In this document: one piece after another, positions 1-9,737 of the stretch | Position numbering within the stretch: the first letter of the stretch is position 1 | Layout: every line of letters starts with the position of its first letter | The notes under the pieces: generated by a model | Databases searched by the model: none | What the model was told of the DNA's origin: nothing | Seen by the model: only the letters and a program-made list of their open reading frames with translations | Position numbers and translations under genes: made by a program | From: Flavobacteriaceae bacterium | GTDB taxonomy: Bacteria > Bacteroidota > Bacteroidia > Flavobacteriales > Flavobacteriaceae | Assembly (NCBI GenBank): GCA_002862755.1 | Contig: PKDY01000039.1 | Span: forward strand, 8,789-72,788 | DNA length: 64,000 nucleotides | Direction: 5' to 3'

Positions 1-81
1 ACCGCCAATGATCCAAAACATATCAAATCCTCTCAAAGTATCTAAAGCTAAAAGTCGTGGTTTGGACGTATCGTTCATCAT
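1..81 (-). CDS. N-terminus of a DUF5009/HGSNAT-like membrane acyltransferase (partial, runs off window)
   Basis: Not in the ORF track. Manual translation from ATG at 81 gives MMNDTSKPRLLALDTLRGFDMFWIIGG, matching the family's RL.xLD.LRGFDMFWI.GG N-terminal motif. Confidence 0.7.
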   Translation of the reverse strand, partial: MMNDTSKPRLLALDTLRGFDMFWIIGG

Positions 82-113
82 TTGTTTGTTTTGTTGATAA
101 AGTAAATATAAAA

Positions 114-144
114 AAAACACCAAAGCAGTACTAATTGGTGTTTT
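114..144 (-). terminator. Intrinsic terminator after the 171-620 gene
   Basis: Inverted repeat AAAACACCAA(114-123)/TTGGTGTTTT(135-144); the A-run at 110-117 gives a U-tract on the minus strand. Confidence 0.55.
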
Positions 145-170
145 AGATTCTTTAGTAATGTTGGTATGAT

Positions 171-620
171 TTATACGAATGTCATTGCTGTTGCTTTCGT
201 ATTTTGGTATTGAAATAATTGAGAGCAATCCATTACATTTGGAATATGATCCAATGTACAAAGTTGAGCCACAACGGCTTCTAAACCTTTAAATAGTGTG
301 TCTTTGGAAAGTGATTTACTAGTTTTACGACTCAATTGTAAAGGTAAACTATAGCCACAATGGGTTAAAAATGCCCTTTCAATTTGTAATAATTCAAGCG
401 GTGTGTACCCATTAAAACGTTTCCCTAAACGTTGATTTACTAAACCCACATAGTTGAGTTGCAGGGAACCATGATCGTCTGATAAATGTTTCCAAGATTC
501 GGTATTATCCAAAATATTACCTACAGCACATTGAGTACACGATTCTGGATGCAACGTATTACTATGAAAAGCTTGATATAGTTTTTTTACAGCAGTATCA
601 AATCGTTTGGTAGTTTCCAT
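171..620 (-). CDS. Conserved Flavobacteriaceae hypothetical protein with CxxC (PESCTQCAVGN)
   Basis: 149-aa ORF. Recognisable small family (KLYQAFH, CAVGNILDN, WKHLSDDHGS); function unknown. Confidence 0.7.
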   Translation of the reverse strand: METTKRFDTAVKKLYQAFHSNTLHPESCTQCAVGNILDNTESWKHLSDDHGSLQLNYVGLVNQRLGKRFNGYTPLELLQIERAFLTHCGYSLPLQLSRKTSKSLSKDTLFKGLEAVVAQLCTLDHIPNVMDCSQLFQYQNTKATAMTFV

Positions 621-699
621 GACAACTAATTTAGTAGTTTAAATTTATTAAAAATAAAGGAATAACCAAAATCTATTAAAAGGAAAAAAGAATAAGAAA

Positions 700-1548
700 T
701 CAATTTTTAATGATTATTTTACTTTTTTTAATCACTTTTGAATTTTCCACTAGTTCAAATAAATAGATTCCATCATTTAAATTTTCTCTGTTGATTGTGA
801 ATGAATTACCATTTATGTTTTCAATTAACTTAACAAGTTGTCCTAATGAGTTAAACAACATCAATTTTGCATTTTGAAGACGCGTTTCTGATGAGATTGT
901 TACTTCTTGTTGAAATGGATTAGGATAGAAATTTATTGTAGTATCATTCAAATGATAAGAATCGATACTTAACATAGAACAATCTGTAGGAGTAGACCCA
1001 TTTGCAAGTCCATGATTGTATACATCTTGATCATTTTGCGAACTACAAGTTAGATAAATATGAGGATCACTAGGTAATTCATAAGTAGGAAGTAAAGGAT
1101 GACGATTACTACCTACACCTTCAATCCAAGTTTCTCCACCAGCAAAATTATATAAATTGTATTTTTTTCTAGTACCACCATCTACAGTAACGTCAGTAAT
1201 TGAAGTAACAGTGTAGGTAATGCCATTAGAAAGTGTTATCATATCTGAGACTTGTAAGTTAAAATCATATAATAATTGCTCCACTGAGTTTACGAGTCTA
1301 TACACCCTTTTTGACGCTACATCTTCCCGAATATAGACCTCGTTATTAAAAAATGGATCCACAAATTTTTTATAGGTGTAAGCTCCTACAACAACATCAA
1401 CTCCTTCATCAATTACTAAATTATATGGGCCACCAAATGTTGCAACAGTTAGATTCCACTTTGAGTTATTTAAAAAAGGAGTATAAGATTGTGAAAAGAT
1501 GAAATTAAAAAGGAAACTAAAAAAGAGTACGTGTAATTTTTTAATCAT
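700..1548 (-). CDS. T9SS type A sorting domain-containing secreted protein
   Basis: Signal peptide; C-terminal YPNPF...LFNSLGQLV...LNDGIYLFEL...KIIIK CTD signature. Confidence 0.85.
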   Translation of the reverse strand: MIKKLHVLFFSFLFNFIFSQSYTPFLNNSKWNLTVATFGGPYNLVIDEGVDVVVGAYTYKKFVDPFFNNEVYIREDVASKRVYRLVNSVEQLLYDFNLQVSDMITLSNGITYTVTSITDVTVDGGTRKKYNLYNFAGGETWIEGVGSNRHPLLPTYELPSDPHIYLTCSSQNDQDVYNHGLANGSTPTDCSMLSIDSYHLNDTTINFYPNPFQQEVTISSETRLQNAKLMLFNSLGQLVKLIENINGNSFTINRENLNDGIYLFELVENSKVIKKSKIIIKN

Positions 1549-1619
1549 AATATATTGAAAGTTAATTTGTTTATTCTTTCAAATATATAAAAAAACGGAG
1601 TGCAAATTTAATTAAAGTA

Positions 1620-2522
1620 TTATTCAACAGGAATATACAAATCGAGAATTGCTTTTTTTTCAGGATGCTTATTGAAATCATTATGATACACTTCAAACGG
1701 ATTGTGATCTGCTTTTTTATAGCCATTTTCATTCATCCATATAAATAAACCAGTCCAAGCTTTTTCTAAATCTTCAATTAACAATTCATAATGACCTACA
1801 ATATATTTTCCTTTTGGTAAGTGTCCTATATTAAGCTCTCCATTAACGGCAATAGTTTCTATCAAAGTAACCCCAATACTCATGCGTACTTTGTCTGGAG
1901 CAGTAATTTTAAAATTATCATGAAATACACGAATGATTTTGGAACGGTTGTTTTCTAAAATTTGATTAGGAGTACACCACTGAACTATTTTTTGAAAAGC
2001 TTTTTCTAATTCTTCCACACCTATATGGGTAACATAAACATAAGGTTGGGTAGCCAATTCTTTAATTTCAATTTTTGCATACATAGTCGTAAAATTTTTA
2101 AGATTTATTAGGTTACAAATGTAGGTTTCATAATTTTCCATTTGTTGACTATTCTTGCTATCTGTTTGACTTATCTTGCTAAATTTGTGTAGATGTGTTT
2201 TTCTAAAATTAGAAGGACTTTGATGGTAATAGTTTTTAAATGTTTTCGTAAAAACAGCATTGCTTGTAAAACCCAATTGATCAACAATGCTAGCAATCGT
2301 AAGTTCTTTTTTGTGTAATAATAAAGATGCAGCTTTTTCGATTTTTTTGCGAATGATATATTGGTTCAGGGTTTCATTGGTAATCATTTTAAAAATACGA
2401 TGAAAATGAAAAGGCGAATAGTAAGCGATTTGTGCTACTGTTTCTAATGACAATTCGTTATCCAAATTAGCATCAATAAATTCAAAAACCGCATTTATTC
2501 TTTTTTGATATTCTTCTGTCAT
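1620..2522 (-). CDS. AraC-family regulator with C-terminal GyrI-like effector domain (Rob-type)
   Basis: N-terminal LSLETVAQIAYYSPFHFHRIFK HTH; C-terminal GyrI-like region (EKAWTGLFIWMNENGY, FEVYHND, LYIPVE). Confidence 0.9.
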   Translation of the reverse strand: MTEEYQKRINAVFEFIDANLDNELSLETVAQIAYYSPFHFHRIFKMITNETLNQYIIRKKIEKAASLLLHKKELTIASIVDQLGFTSNAVFTKTFKNYYHQSPSNFRKTHLHKFSKISQTDSKNSQQMENYETYICNLINLKNFTTMYAKIEIKELATQPYVYVTHIGVEELEKAFQKIVQWCTPNQILENNRSKIIRVFHDNFKITAPDKVRMSIGVTLIETIAVNGELNIGHLPKGKYIVGHYELLIEDLEKAWTGLFIWMNENGYKKADHNPFEVYHNDFNKHPEKKAILDLYIPVE

Positions 2523-3316
2523 TGTAGTATTTTTTCAATTTCAGATTGATACATACTATTTTCATTCATACCATTGTGACCTAAATTATCTAGTAAAATG
2601 AGTTGGGAAACACAATTGCATTCTTTTTGTAATTTTTGCGAGGATTGAAAAGGGATAACGGTGTCTTCTTTTCCATGAAATAAATACACTGGACAGTTAC
2701 AATTTTGTAGATACTGATTGTTTTCTAATTTATATTTTAAAATAAAAGTGGGTATAAAAGGCATCTTTTGTCGCATCATATCTGATAAATTATAATAGGG
2801 AGCTTGTAAAATTAGCTTCTTCGGATGGTTCGTTGCCGCTAGATAGGAAGCAATTCCAGAACCAATGGAATACCCCGTAATTATAATACTATTTTCCTCA
2901 TATTCTTTTTTTAAGGTAGTATAGACCAATGTAACGTCATCAAAAAGTTGTTGTTGGTTTTCAATTTTACCTTCGCTTTTACCATAACCCCGATAATCTA
3001 AAATAAAAACATCATAATGTAAACGCGTATAGGTTTCAGCAGCAAAACCCCACGAACTCAAATTACCTGCGTTACCATGCAAATAAAAGAGAAGTCCTTT
3101 TGAATTTTCAGCTTTAAAAAGCAAACCATTTAATTTTTTTCCATCACTAGTGATAAAGCTTCGTTCTTCAAAAGGTTGATTGAATTTAAATTGAAAATTA
3201 GGGTTTAATTTTGTGGGTAAAAAAATGATTTTTTCTTGAAAAAAATACAAAACACTACAAAGCAGTACATAGAGTATAATTACAATTTTAAAAAAGCTAA
3301 AAATGATTTTCTGCAT
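2519..3316 (-). CDS. Alpha/beta hydrolase (ABHD13-like) with N-terminal membrane anchor
   Basis: YLHGNAGN, DYRGYGKSEG, nucleophile elbow GYSIG, HGKED and C-terminal GH. Confidence 0.9.
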   Translation of the reverse strand: MQKIIFSFFKIVIILYVLLCSVLYFFQEKIIFLPTKLNPNFQFKFNQPFEERSFITSDGKKLNGLLFKAENSKGLLFYLHGNAGNLSSWGFAAETYTRLHYDVFILDYRGYGKSEGKIENQQQLFDDVTLVYTTLKKEYEENSIIITGYSIGSGIASYLAATNHPKKLILQAPYYNLSDMMRQKMPFIPTFILKYKLENNQYLQNCNCPVYLFHGKEDTVIPFQSSQKLQKECNCVSQLILLDNLGHNGMNENSMYQSEIEKILQ

Positions 3317-4428
3317 TATTTTTTCTTCTCTTTTTTAGATTCCTTTTGCGCTTCTTGAAAAGCATCTCTAAATTCGACATCATTATCCACTTGTCTTTTA
3401 AAAGCTTCAATCCAAGCATTTTGAAAAATATGAATAACAGTGGGCCAAACTCCTGCTTTTACATTTTTTAAATCTCCTTCAATAGGAACTTTAGTAGCTA
3501 AGGTATTGGTACGTTGATTTTTGAGGACAAATTTAAAGAAACCAACAAAACCTTCCCATACTTTTTCAAAAAATCCATCTTCTTTTCCAATTAATTTTGA
3601 ATCTTTTAAAAGAGGTTTGATATATCCTTTTAAATAACCATCAGCAATAGCCACTTCGCTATACAATTCAAAAGTACCTTTTTCAAAATCAATACCAGCA
3701 TAATGCTTTGACAAATCGTTCAAAGCTGTTGCTTGGGCAGATTGAAGTGAAAAAGTAAGATCCATATCAGGAATTTCTTTAATTAAATTGATATTCCCAT
3801 CCAATGTCATTTTTCCATTGCCAACAGATACTCCAGTGGCATGAAAAGGAGAGGGTAAAGTGCGAGATTTGGCTACCACATTTCTAAGATTATCCGCGTA
3901 CATTTCAATTTTTTCAATATGTAAATCGATATCTGGACTGGCTTGTATTTGTACAAAAGCAACTTTTCCATTATGAATTTCAAAATGGTTGATATCTATA
4001 GGAATAATTTCAGTTAATGCTTTGGTCCAATCTTCTACATCGGGTTCTTTACCTTTTGAATTTTGGTCTTCAAAGACATAAATAGCATCAGGATTGTATA
4101 GTATTACTTCACTTACAATTTTGCCTTTAAACAGCGATTTCCATTCAATAGAAATGTCGCTTTTTGGAAACTTTAAAAAAGGAATTTCAGTTTTAGCATT
4201 TAATTTATTTAAATACAACCCTTTAATAACATAAGCTCCTCTAACTAAAGCAATATCAACATCATCTACATAACCATAATAACCAGGAATTGTAGCCAAT
4301 GTTTTGTTGATTTGGTTTTTTACCAATGTGGGTAAATATATTCTGAAAATTAGAAGACCTAATAACAGTATAGCGATAAAAATATATCGCTTTCTTTTAT
4401 AAAATGCTATTTTTTTTGGGTCTTTCAT
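3316..4428 (-). CDS. DUF748 (AsmA-like) protein
   Basis: N-terminal TM helix, beta-rich body, GYIKPLLKD and ATKVPIEGDL motifs, NAWIEAF tail. Confidence 0.75.
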   Translation of the reverse strand: MKDPKKIAFYKRKRYIFIAILLLGLLIFRIYLPTLVKNQINKTLATIPGYYGYVDDVDIALVRGAYVIKGLYLNKLNAKTEIPFLKFPKSDISIEWKSLFKGKIVSEVILYNPDAIYVFEDQNSKGKEPDVEDWTKALTEIIPIDINHFEIHNGKVAFVQIQASPDIDLHIEKIEMYADNLRNVVAKSRTLPSPFHATGVSVGNGKMTLDGNINLIKEIPDMDLTFSLQSAQATALNDLSKHYAGIDFEKGTFELYSEVAIADGYLKGYIKPLLKDSKLIGKEDGFFEKVWEGFVGFFKFVLKNQRTNTLATKVPIEGDLKNVKAGVWPTVIHIFQNAWIEAFKRQVDNDVEFRDAFQEAQKESKKEKKK

Positions 4429-4432
4429 AGTA

Positions 4433-4493
4433 TAAAAGTACTTGTAAAATAGCCGGACAGTGTTATAGTTTTTTCTTAAAATGTTATATAATT
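4433..4493 (-). promoter_or_regulatory. Tandem-box promoter (regulon site 1) for the DUF748 operon
   Basis: -7-like 4433-4440 (sense TACTTTTA); boxes TTATAGTTTT 4463-4472 and TTATATAATT 4484-4493 (+ strand text); 21-bp period, 22-bp gap. Confidence 0.65.
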
Positions 4494-4502
4494 TAAAAAG
4501 AA

Positions 4503-5528
4503 TTACAGGTCGCTTTTCTTTTTTAGACTTATTTTATCAACCAAGCGCGCTACTGCTTTAGGAGGATCAAATCGATAACCTACATAAAATAGCAAATAGG
4601 TTTTTCCTTGACTTACTGTTTTTGATTGCTCTTCTTTGTATGCATTAGCAGAAAAATTCAGTTGGCTACCAAAAATAAAATGATCCGAACTATATCCTAA
4701 TTGTAAGCCGCCATCTAAATATTGAGTGTTATAAGTTGCTTTAGATATTGAGATTTCGTTTGGAGATGAATTGGTGGTTTCAGAAAAGCGAATGCCATAG
4801 GCTGGAGCCAAATAAGCAGAAATAAACCCTTTTTTTTGAATCACCAAAGTATAGTAATAGCCCAAAGCCAATCGAAGATTAAAAAAATCTTCCGCTATTT
4901 TGATGGTTTCAAGTGGTAAGGAAGTTCTGTTATAATCATAGTATAAAGTGGGTACAAAACTTCCAGCACTTTTTTGTTGCCATTCCGATTGAAAGAGAAC
5001 ATTTCGAAAAGAAAATTTTGGATTGAAAACATAACTCGTATTAGCACCAATAGTCAAATATTTTAAATCCGGAAATTGGATGTAAGGATCTTTATTTTCG
5101 GTCCAATTTTCAACATAATCTTGTGAATTTTCAACATAAAAACCTCTAACTTTGGAAAACTCAAAACCTTGTACCCATTTGCCTAAGAAAAATCGAAACT
5201 TATAATTGGTATACGAAGATTTACCTTTTAAATATTCATCATTGTTATCTGAAAAGAATTTAGGTGCAAAACCAACACTACCTCCAATAAATTTATAATC
5301 TAAAGAAATAAAAAGTTTAAAACTATTGTTGGATTGTAAGGTGAGTTGGCTATTATCGTCTGAATTGTTTAAGGAAAAAAAATCTTCTTGAGTATCGATA
5401 TTAATGCGTATCGAAACTTTATTTGGAAACGATTTGATATAAGTAGAATCAATTGCTTTTTTTTCTTGCGCAGTTACACGCCAAGAAGTACTACAAATGA
5501 AAAGCAATATGATTCCTTTATACCACAA
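4503..5528 (-). CDS. DUF4421-family outer-membrane beta-barrel protein
   Basis: Signal peptide; FSFRN...QSEWQQKSAGSFVP motif; aromatic beta-strands ending YVGYRF. Confidence 0.7.
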   Translation of the reverse strand: MWYKGIILLFICSTSWRVTAQEKKAIDSTYIKSFPNKVSIRINIDTQEDFFSLNNSDDNSQLTLQSNNSFKLFISLDYKFIGGSVGFAPKFFSDNNDEYLKGKSSYTNYKFRFFLGKWVQGFEFSKVRGFYVENSQDYVENWTENKDPYIQFPDLKYLTIGANTSYVFNPKFSFRNVLFQSEWQQKSAGSFVPTLYYDYNRTSLPLETIKIAEDFFNLRLALGYYYTLVIQKKGFISAYLAPAYGIRFSETTNSSPNEISISKATYNTQYLDGGLQLGYSSDHFIFGSQLNFSANAYKEEQSKTVSQGKTYLLFYVGYRFDPPKAVARLVDKISLKKKSDL

Positions 5529-5634
5529 AATCCTGTAAATTCTAAGTTATTCAAAGATATAAAATATTGAATTATCTAATTACAGGATATTTTAAAATAG
5601 AAAATTGCTTTAATTGACTTAAAAAGTAATGTTT

Positions 5635-6744
5635 TTATTTATTTCTTTTTCCCCACCAAATAAGAATACCTGTTATGGGCAAACTGGCAATGAGTAAGCT
5701 AATTAAGAAAGCAAAAATTTTTCCAGGTAAACCCAAAATTGCACCTGTATGAATATCATAATTCATTCGCATAATTTTGTCTGAAGCAGTTGCGTGATCA
5801 AGCTTTCCGTAAATGTGTTCCACTTCTTTTTCTTCTAAAGTGTAATAATCAAAATAGCGATAATCGGTTTGCCAATAGGTGCCTTTTCCTAAATTCGCAT
5901 TGGCCGCAATTATTCCATCTGCACTTTCAGGTGGATGTACTTCAATAGCTGATGCATTGGGATATTCCTCTTGCATTTTAAACCATACTTTGTCTAAAGG
6001 GTTTTCTACGATTAAAGGAGAATTGGACTTAGTAAAAACAGGTTCTTCATACACTAATGATTTTTCACCACCAATTACCGTATAATAGGAATAGGCAAAC
6101 CAAGGGAAGCCCCAAACTAAACCCGTAACAGCAAAGATGAGTGCAATGGATAAAACATAAAAACCAGTAATATTGTGTACATCATAATTTTTACGTTTCC
6201 ATTTCGTCGTATTTTTCCATTGAAACCAAAAACGTTGTTTGGCTGCTTTTTTATTTTTGGGAAACCAAAGAATGAAACCTGATATAATGAGTAGTACAAA
6301 AATTAATGTGGCAGAAGCAATAACAGTTTGCCCTATTTTTTCAGGTAGCCAAAGATAAAAATGACCGTCTAATATGAATCTGAAAAAACCCGAAAGTTCG
6401 TTTACGGTTTGAAGTACTTCTCCTGTGTATGGGTTAATGTAACAAATATCATAATATAAAGGTTCTGCATTATAAAAGATAACTTCTGCGGCTTGTTCTT
6501 TTCCTTTATACTGAATCGCATGAATGTGTTTGTGAGGTAGTTGTTGTTGACCAATACTTTTTAATTGGCTAGGTAGTAAAAAATCTTGTTCTTGTTTTTC
6601 AACCTTTTTATAAGTTTCTGTTAGATTTAATATTTCTTCTTGAAAAGCATAGAGACAACCTGTTATTGCAACAATAAAAACAATGATACCGGAAGCCAAA
6701 CCTAACCAAAGATGTATTTTTCGAATACTTTTTTTAAAATTCAT
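5635..6744 (-). CDS. PepSY-associated TM helix protein (iron-uptake associated)
   Basis: RKIHLWLGL, DGHFYLWLP, YDVHNITGFY, YDIHTGAILG motifs; lies downstream of a TonB receptor. Confidence 0.9.
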   Translation of the reverse strand: MNFKKSIRKIHLWLGLASGIIVFIVAITGCLYAFQEEILNLTETYKKVEKQEQDFLLPSQLKSIGQQQLPHKHIHAIQYKGKEQAAEVIFYNAEPLYYDICYINPYTGEVLQTVNELSGFFRFILDGHFYLWLPEKIGQTVIASATLIFVLLIISGFILWFPKNKKAAKQRFWFQWKNTTKWKRKNYDVHNITGFYVLSIALIFAVTGLVWGFPWFAYSYYTVIGGEKSLVYEEPVFTKSNSPLIVENPLDKVWFKMQEEYPNASAIEVHPPESADGIIAANANLGKGTYWQTDYRYFDYYTLEEKEVEHIYGKLDHATASDKIMRMNYDIHTGAILGLPGKIFAFLISLLIASLPITGILIWWGKRNK

Positions 6745-6761
6745 GATTCTTTTATTAAAAA

Positions 6762-6793
6762 CTAAGACGTTTCAATGGGTAGAAACGTCTTAG
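6762..6793 (-). terminator. Hairpin/terminator between TonB receptor and PepSY gene
   Basis: 12-bp stem CTAAGACGTTTC/GAAACGTCTTAG, 8-nt loop, followed by a U-run on the minus strand. Confidence 0.55.
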
Positions 6794-6803
6794 AAATGAA
6801 GTA

Positions 6804-8972
6804 TTAAAATTTATAGGTTAAACCAGCCACAACATTTCGTAACTGTTGTGGTGTAACTGTTGACCAACCTGCATAATATTTTTCATTCAATAGATTATTG
6901 ATTTTTAATGCAAAGTTGAAATTAGATGTGTTATAGGATAAAGCCGTATTTAAAACAGTATAAGAAGGAATTTCAAAAGTACCAATATTAGCTCTATTTA
7001 AAGTTTTATAAACGCTTGCATAATTCCCTCCTAAACCTAATCCAAAACCTTTTAGCGAACCTTCTGTAAAGGTATAATTAGCCCATAAATTAAGTAAGGT
7101 TTCTGGACCTGCTTGTTCTGGACGTAAACCTAAGTAACCTCCTCCAGGTGTTTCTTTAGTCACTTCACTTTTGTTATTACTAATACCTGTAATAATGTTT
7201 AATCCCTTTGTTGGGTTTACAATTAAGCTCAGTTCAATACCTTTACTTTCTACTGCTCCACCTTGTGTAAAACTATTTGGATTACTAGGATCAGCCATTA
7301 AAATATTTTGTACAGAAATATCATAATAACTTACAGCTGCTGTTAAAATGTCTTTGAATAAATTGGTTTTCACACCAAATTCTAACTGATTAGCATGTTC
7401 TGGGTCATAAGAAGCTATTCTTTGGTTGCTACCGTCCACATTAGCAATTGTTTGTGGTGTAATGTTTTTAAATCCATTCATATAATTTCCAAAAACAGAA
7501 ACCTTATTTTCTATGATTTGATACACTAGACCGAATTTAGGTGATAAATAAGTTTGATTATCAATTTCTTCTGGATCATATTCTGAAGGTTTTCCACTAA
7601 AACTGTCCAAACGTAAACTCGTCATTACAGCTAATTTATCCGTAATATTTAGTACATCTGAAAAATAAGCGCTAAAAATTTCTTGCGTAGCTTCTGAGTT
7701 GGGACTAAAAGAACCTACCAAAGCATTGTCCACACCTGCTTGTGTTAAAACAGTTGGATTGCTACCATTTAAATCGGTGCCATTCACTAAAGAAACGGTT
7801 CCATAGCTTACCCAGCCTGGACCACCATTTGTTAGTCTTGAATTAAAATAATCTAAGCCAATAGTTAATCTGTTACGTAAAGAACCAATTTTGAAGTCAC
7901 CTATAAAGTTTTGTTGAATATCCGTTGTATAATTGGTACCAATAGCTTTAGAAATAAAACGTGTAAATTCATCACCATTAGCCGAATCCCATAAATATTG
8001 GTAATACCCATTCGTTTTAGTGGTACTTTTTGATAATACCGTTTGAGAAGTCCATTTATCAGATAATGTATAGAAGGCTTGAGCTTGTAAGTTGAAGGAA
8101 TTGGTGTTTATGGTTAAATCATTTGCGGTGAATGATTTTGTATAATTTTTTTCAAATAGATCCATAGAATCAAAAGACAATGGGGAATATCTACTCAAGA
8201 AAATCATAGCCGCTTTTGCGGAGGTATTTTTATAGATTTCGGTATTGATGTAGAACGTTAATTTGTCATTTACTTGATATTTCAAGGAAGGTGCTACAAA
8301 CAAAGAATTGGTAAAACCAGCATCTTGAAAGGATTCTCCATTTTCATAAGCTGCATTGACCCTTACTGCAGCTTTGTCATTTAAAGGAAGATTAAGATCG
8401 GTTGTGATTCTGTTCAATCCATAAGTTCCAGAATTATAACTGATTTCACCTCCAAATTTATAATACGGTTTTTTGGTAACAATATTAATTAAACCACCAT
8501 AGGAGATAACACTACTACCAAATAATGTTCCTGAAGGGCCTTTAATTACCTCAATATTATCAATATTAATTGGGTCAATTGTAGTATTACTTAAAGCAGG
8601 TAATCCGTTTATCATAGAAGGTTGAACGGAAAAACCACGCATCGAATAAAATTCTGCACCATCGCCATTTCTGCCGGTAGATTCCCAAAGTCTAGTTACG
8701 CCTGTAGCATTTTTTAAAGCGTCATTAAGGTTTGTGACTACTTGTTCTTTCAATAATTCATTAGTAACTAAATTGTAGACTTGCGGATTTTCTATGTTTT
8801 TAAGCGGCATTTTTGCAACTGTGTTACTTTTTTCTCTGCCGTACTTATAATTGCTGGTAACGGTAACTTCTTTTAGTTTCTTAACGGTATCTTTTTGAGT
8901 TTCATTAGTCTCTTGACTAAAGAGTGAGAAGGATGAAAAAATTAGAATAGCGGGTAAAATTTGTTTATACAT
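6804..8972 (-). CDS. TonB-dependent siderophore receptor
   Basis: Signal peptide, LKEVTVT TonB box, plug motif IEVIKGPSGTLFG, NNLLNEKY near the C-terminus, terminal Phe. Confidence 0.93.
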   Translation of the reverse strand: MYKQILPAILIFSSFSLFSQETNETQKDTVKKLKEVTVTSNYKYGREKSNTVAKMPLKNIENPQVYNLVTNELLKEQVVTNLNDALKNATGVTRLWESTGRNGDGAEFYSMRGFSVQPSMINGLPALSNTTIDPINIDNIEVIKGPSGTLFGSSVISYGGLINIVTKKPYYKFGGEISYNSGTYGLNRITTDLNLPLNDKAAVRVNAAYENGESFQDAGFTNSLFVAPSLKYQVNDKLTFYINTEIYKNTSAKAAMIFLSRYSPLSFDSMDLFEKNYTKSFTANDLTINTNSFNLQAQAFYTLSDKWTSQTVLSKSTTKTNGYYQYLWDSANGDEFTRFISKAIGTNYTTDIQQNFIGDFKIGSLRNRLTIGLDYFNSRLTNGGPGWVSYGTVSLVNGTDLNGSNPTVLTQAGVDNALVGSFSPNSEATQEIFSAYFSDVLNITDKLAVMTSLRLDSFSGKPSEYDPEEIDNQTYLSPKFGLVYQIIENKVSVFGNYMNGFKNITPQTIANVDGSNQRIASYDPEHANQLEFGVKTNLFKDILTAAVSYYDISVQNILMADPSNPNSFTQGGAVESKGIELSLIVNPTKGLNIITGISNNKSEVTKETPGGGYLGLRPEQAGPETLLNLWANYTFTEGSLKGFGLGLGGNYASVYKTLNRANIGTFEIPSYTVLNTALSYNTSNFNFALKINNLLNEKYYAGWSTVTPQQLRNVVAGLTYKF

Positions 8973-8973
8973 T

Positions 8974-9058
8974 TTATTTAGATTAAATTAAAATAATAAT
9001 GCAAAAATAAACTTGTTTATTGAACTACACAAAATTTATTTAGACTTATTTAATATAA
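8974..9058 (-). promoter_or_regulatory. Promoter with two Fur-box-like palindromes
   Basis: TTATTTAGA-N5-TTAAAATAA 8974-8996 and TTATTTAGA-N5-TTAATATAA 9036-9058 flank -7 TATTTTTG (9002-9009 rc) and -33 TTTG (9030-9033 rc). Confidence 0.7.
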
Positions 9059-9128
9059 ATTTATAACAAAATAATGCTTTAATGTTGTGAATTTTTAGAA
9101 AGCAATATTTAGTTATATACACAGAAAA

Positions 9129-9162
9129 AAAATCCTCAATAGAATTTTGTATTGAGGATTTT
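9129..9162 (-). terminator. Intrinsic terminator after second PepSY gene
   Basis: 13-bp stem AAAATCCTCAATA/TATTGAGGATTTT with a flanking A-run. Confidence 0.7.
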
Positions 9163-9176
9163 GAATTGAATTTTTT

Positions 9177-9725
9177 TTATGAAAAAATCAAAAATAGGAT
9201 AGGGAAGAGTAGACCAGCTAGTGTTAATTTCCAACCCCTTCTTTTAAAAGTATGTTTTCCATGTTTAATCATCATCGCACCAGTTACAGCAATTAGGATT
9301 AGAGAAATACCAAAAATGTCAGAAAAATAAATCCACCAGTTCGAAGTGTTTTTATGTAAAAACATGGTTTGGCTAATGATAGGTGTTTTAATAAAAGAAA
9401 CAATTTCACCATCGCCTGATTTTAAATCAATTTCAACTTCTGTATTTTCAAATTGCATTCTAAATTTACCTTTTCTTACATTATGTCTCCTGATTTTATC
9501 TTCAATTTTTAATTCTTTTGCTAGATTTTCAGCATATACATCATTAATATCATTTTCATTTTCTGGAAGCATAACATGAATTTCTTTGGCTTCTAACGTA
9601 TATTTTTCAGGATGCCAATTTTCTCTATGATTCATCATAATTCCAGAAAAAGCAAAGGAAATAATTAAACCGAGATATATATAGCCTAAATCTCTATGGA
9701 GGTTTCTAACAGTAGTTGATTTCAT
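9177..9725 (-). CDS. Short PepSY-associated TM helix protein
   Basis: RNLHRDLGY...FSGIMMNH, FLHK...WWIYFSDIFG; three TM segments. Confidence 0.85.
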   Translation of the reverse strand: MKSTTVRNLHRDLGYIYLGLIISFAFSGIMMNHRENWHPEKYTLEAKEIHVMLPENENDINDVYAENLAKELKIEDKIRRHNVRKGKFRMQFENTEVEIDLKSGDGEIVSFIKTPIISQTMFLHKNTSNWWIYFSDIFGISLILIAVTGAMMIKHGKHTFKRRGWKLTLAGLLFPILFLIFS

Positions 9726-9737
9726 TTCTAATTAATA

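Noticed and set aside
171-620. NqrF annotation
   Set aside because: Far too short, and lacks the 2Fe-2S/FAD/NAD motifs.
5552-5610. Tandem-box or Fur site upstream of DUF4421
   Set aside because: A consensus -7 is present, but the box-like words lack the 21-bp period and 22-bp gap.
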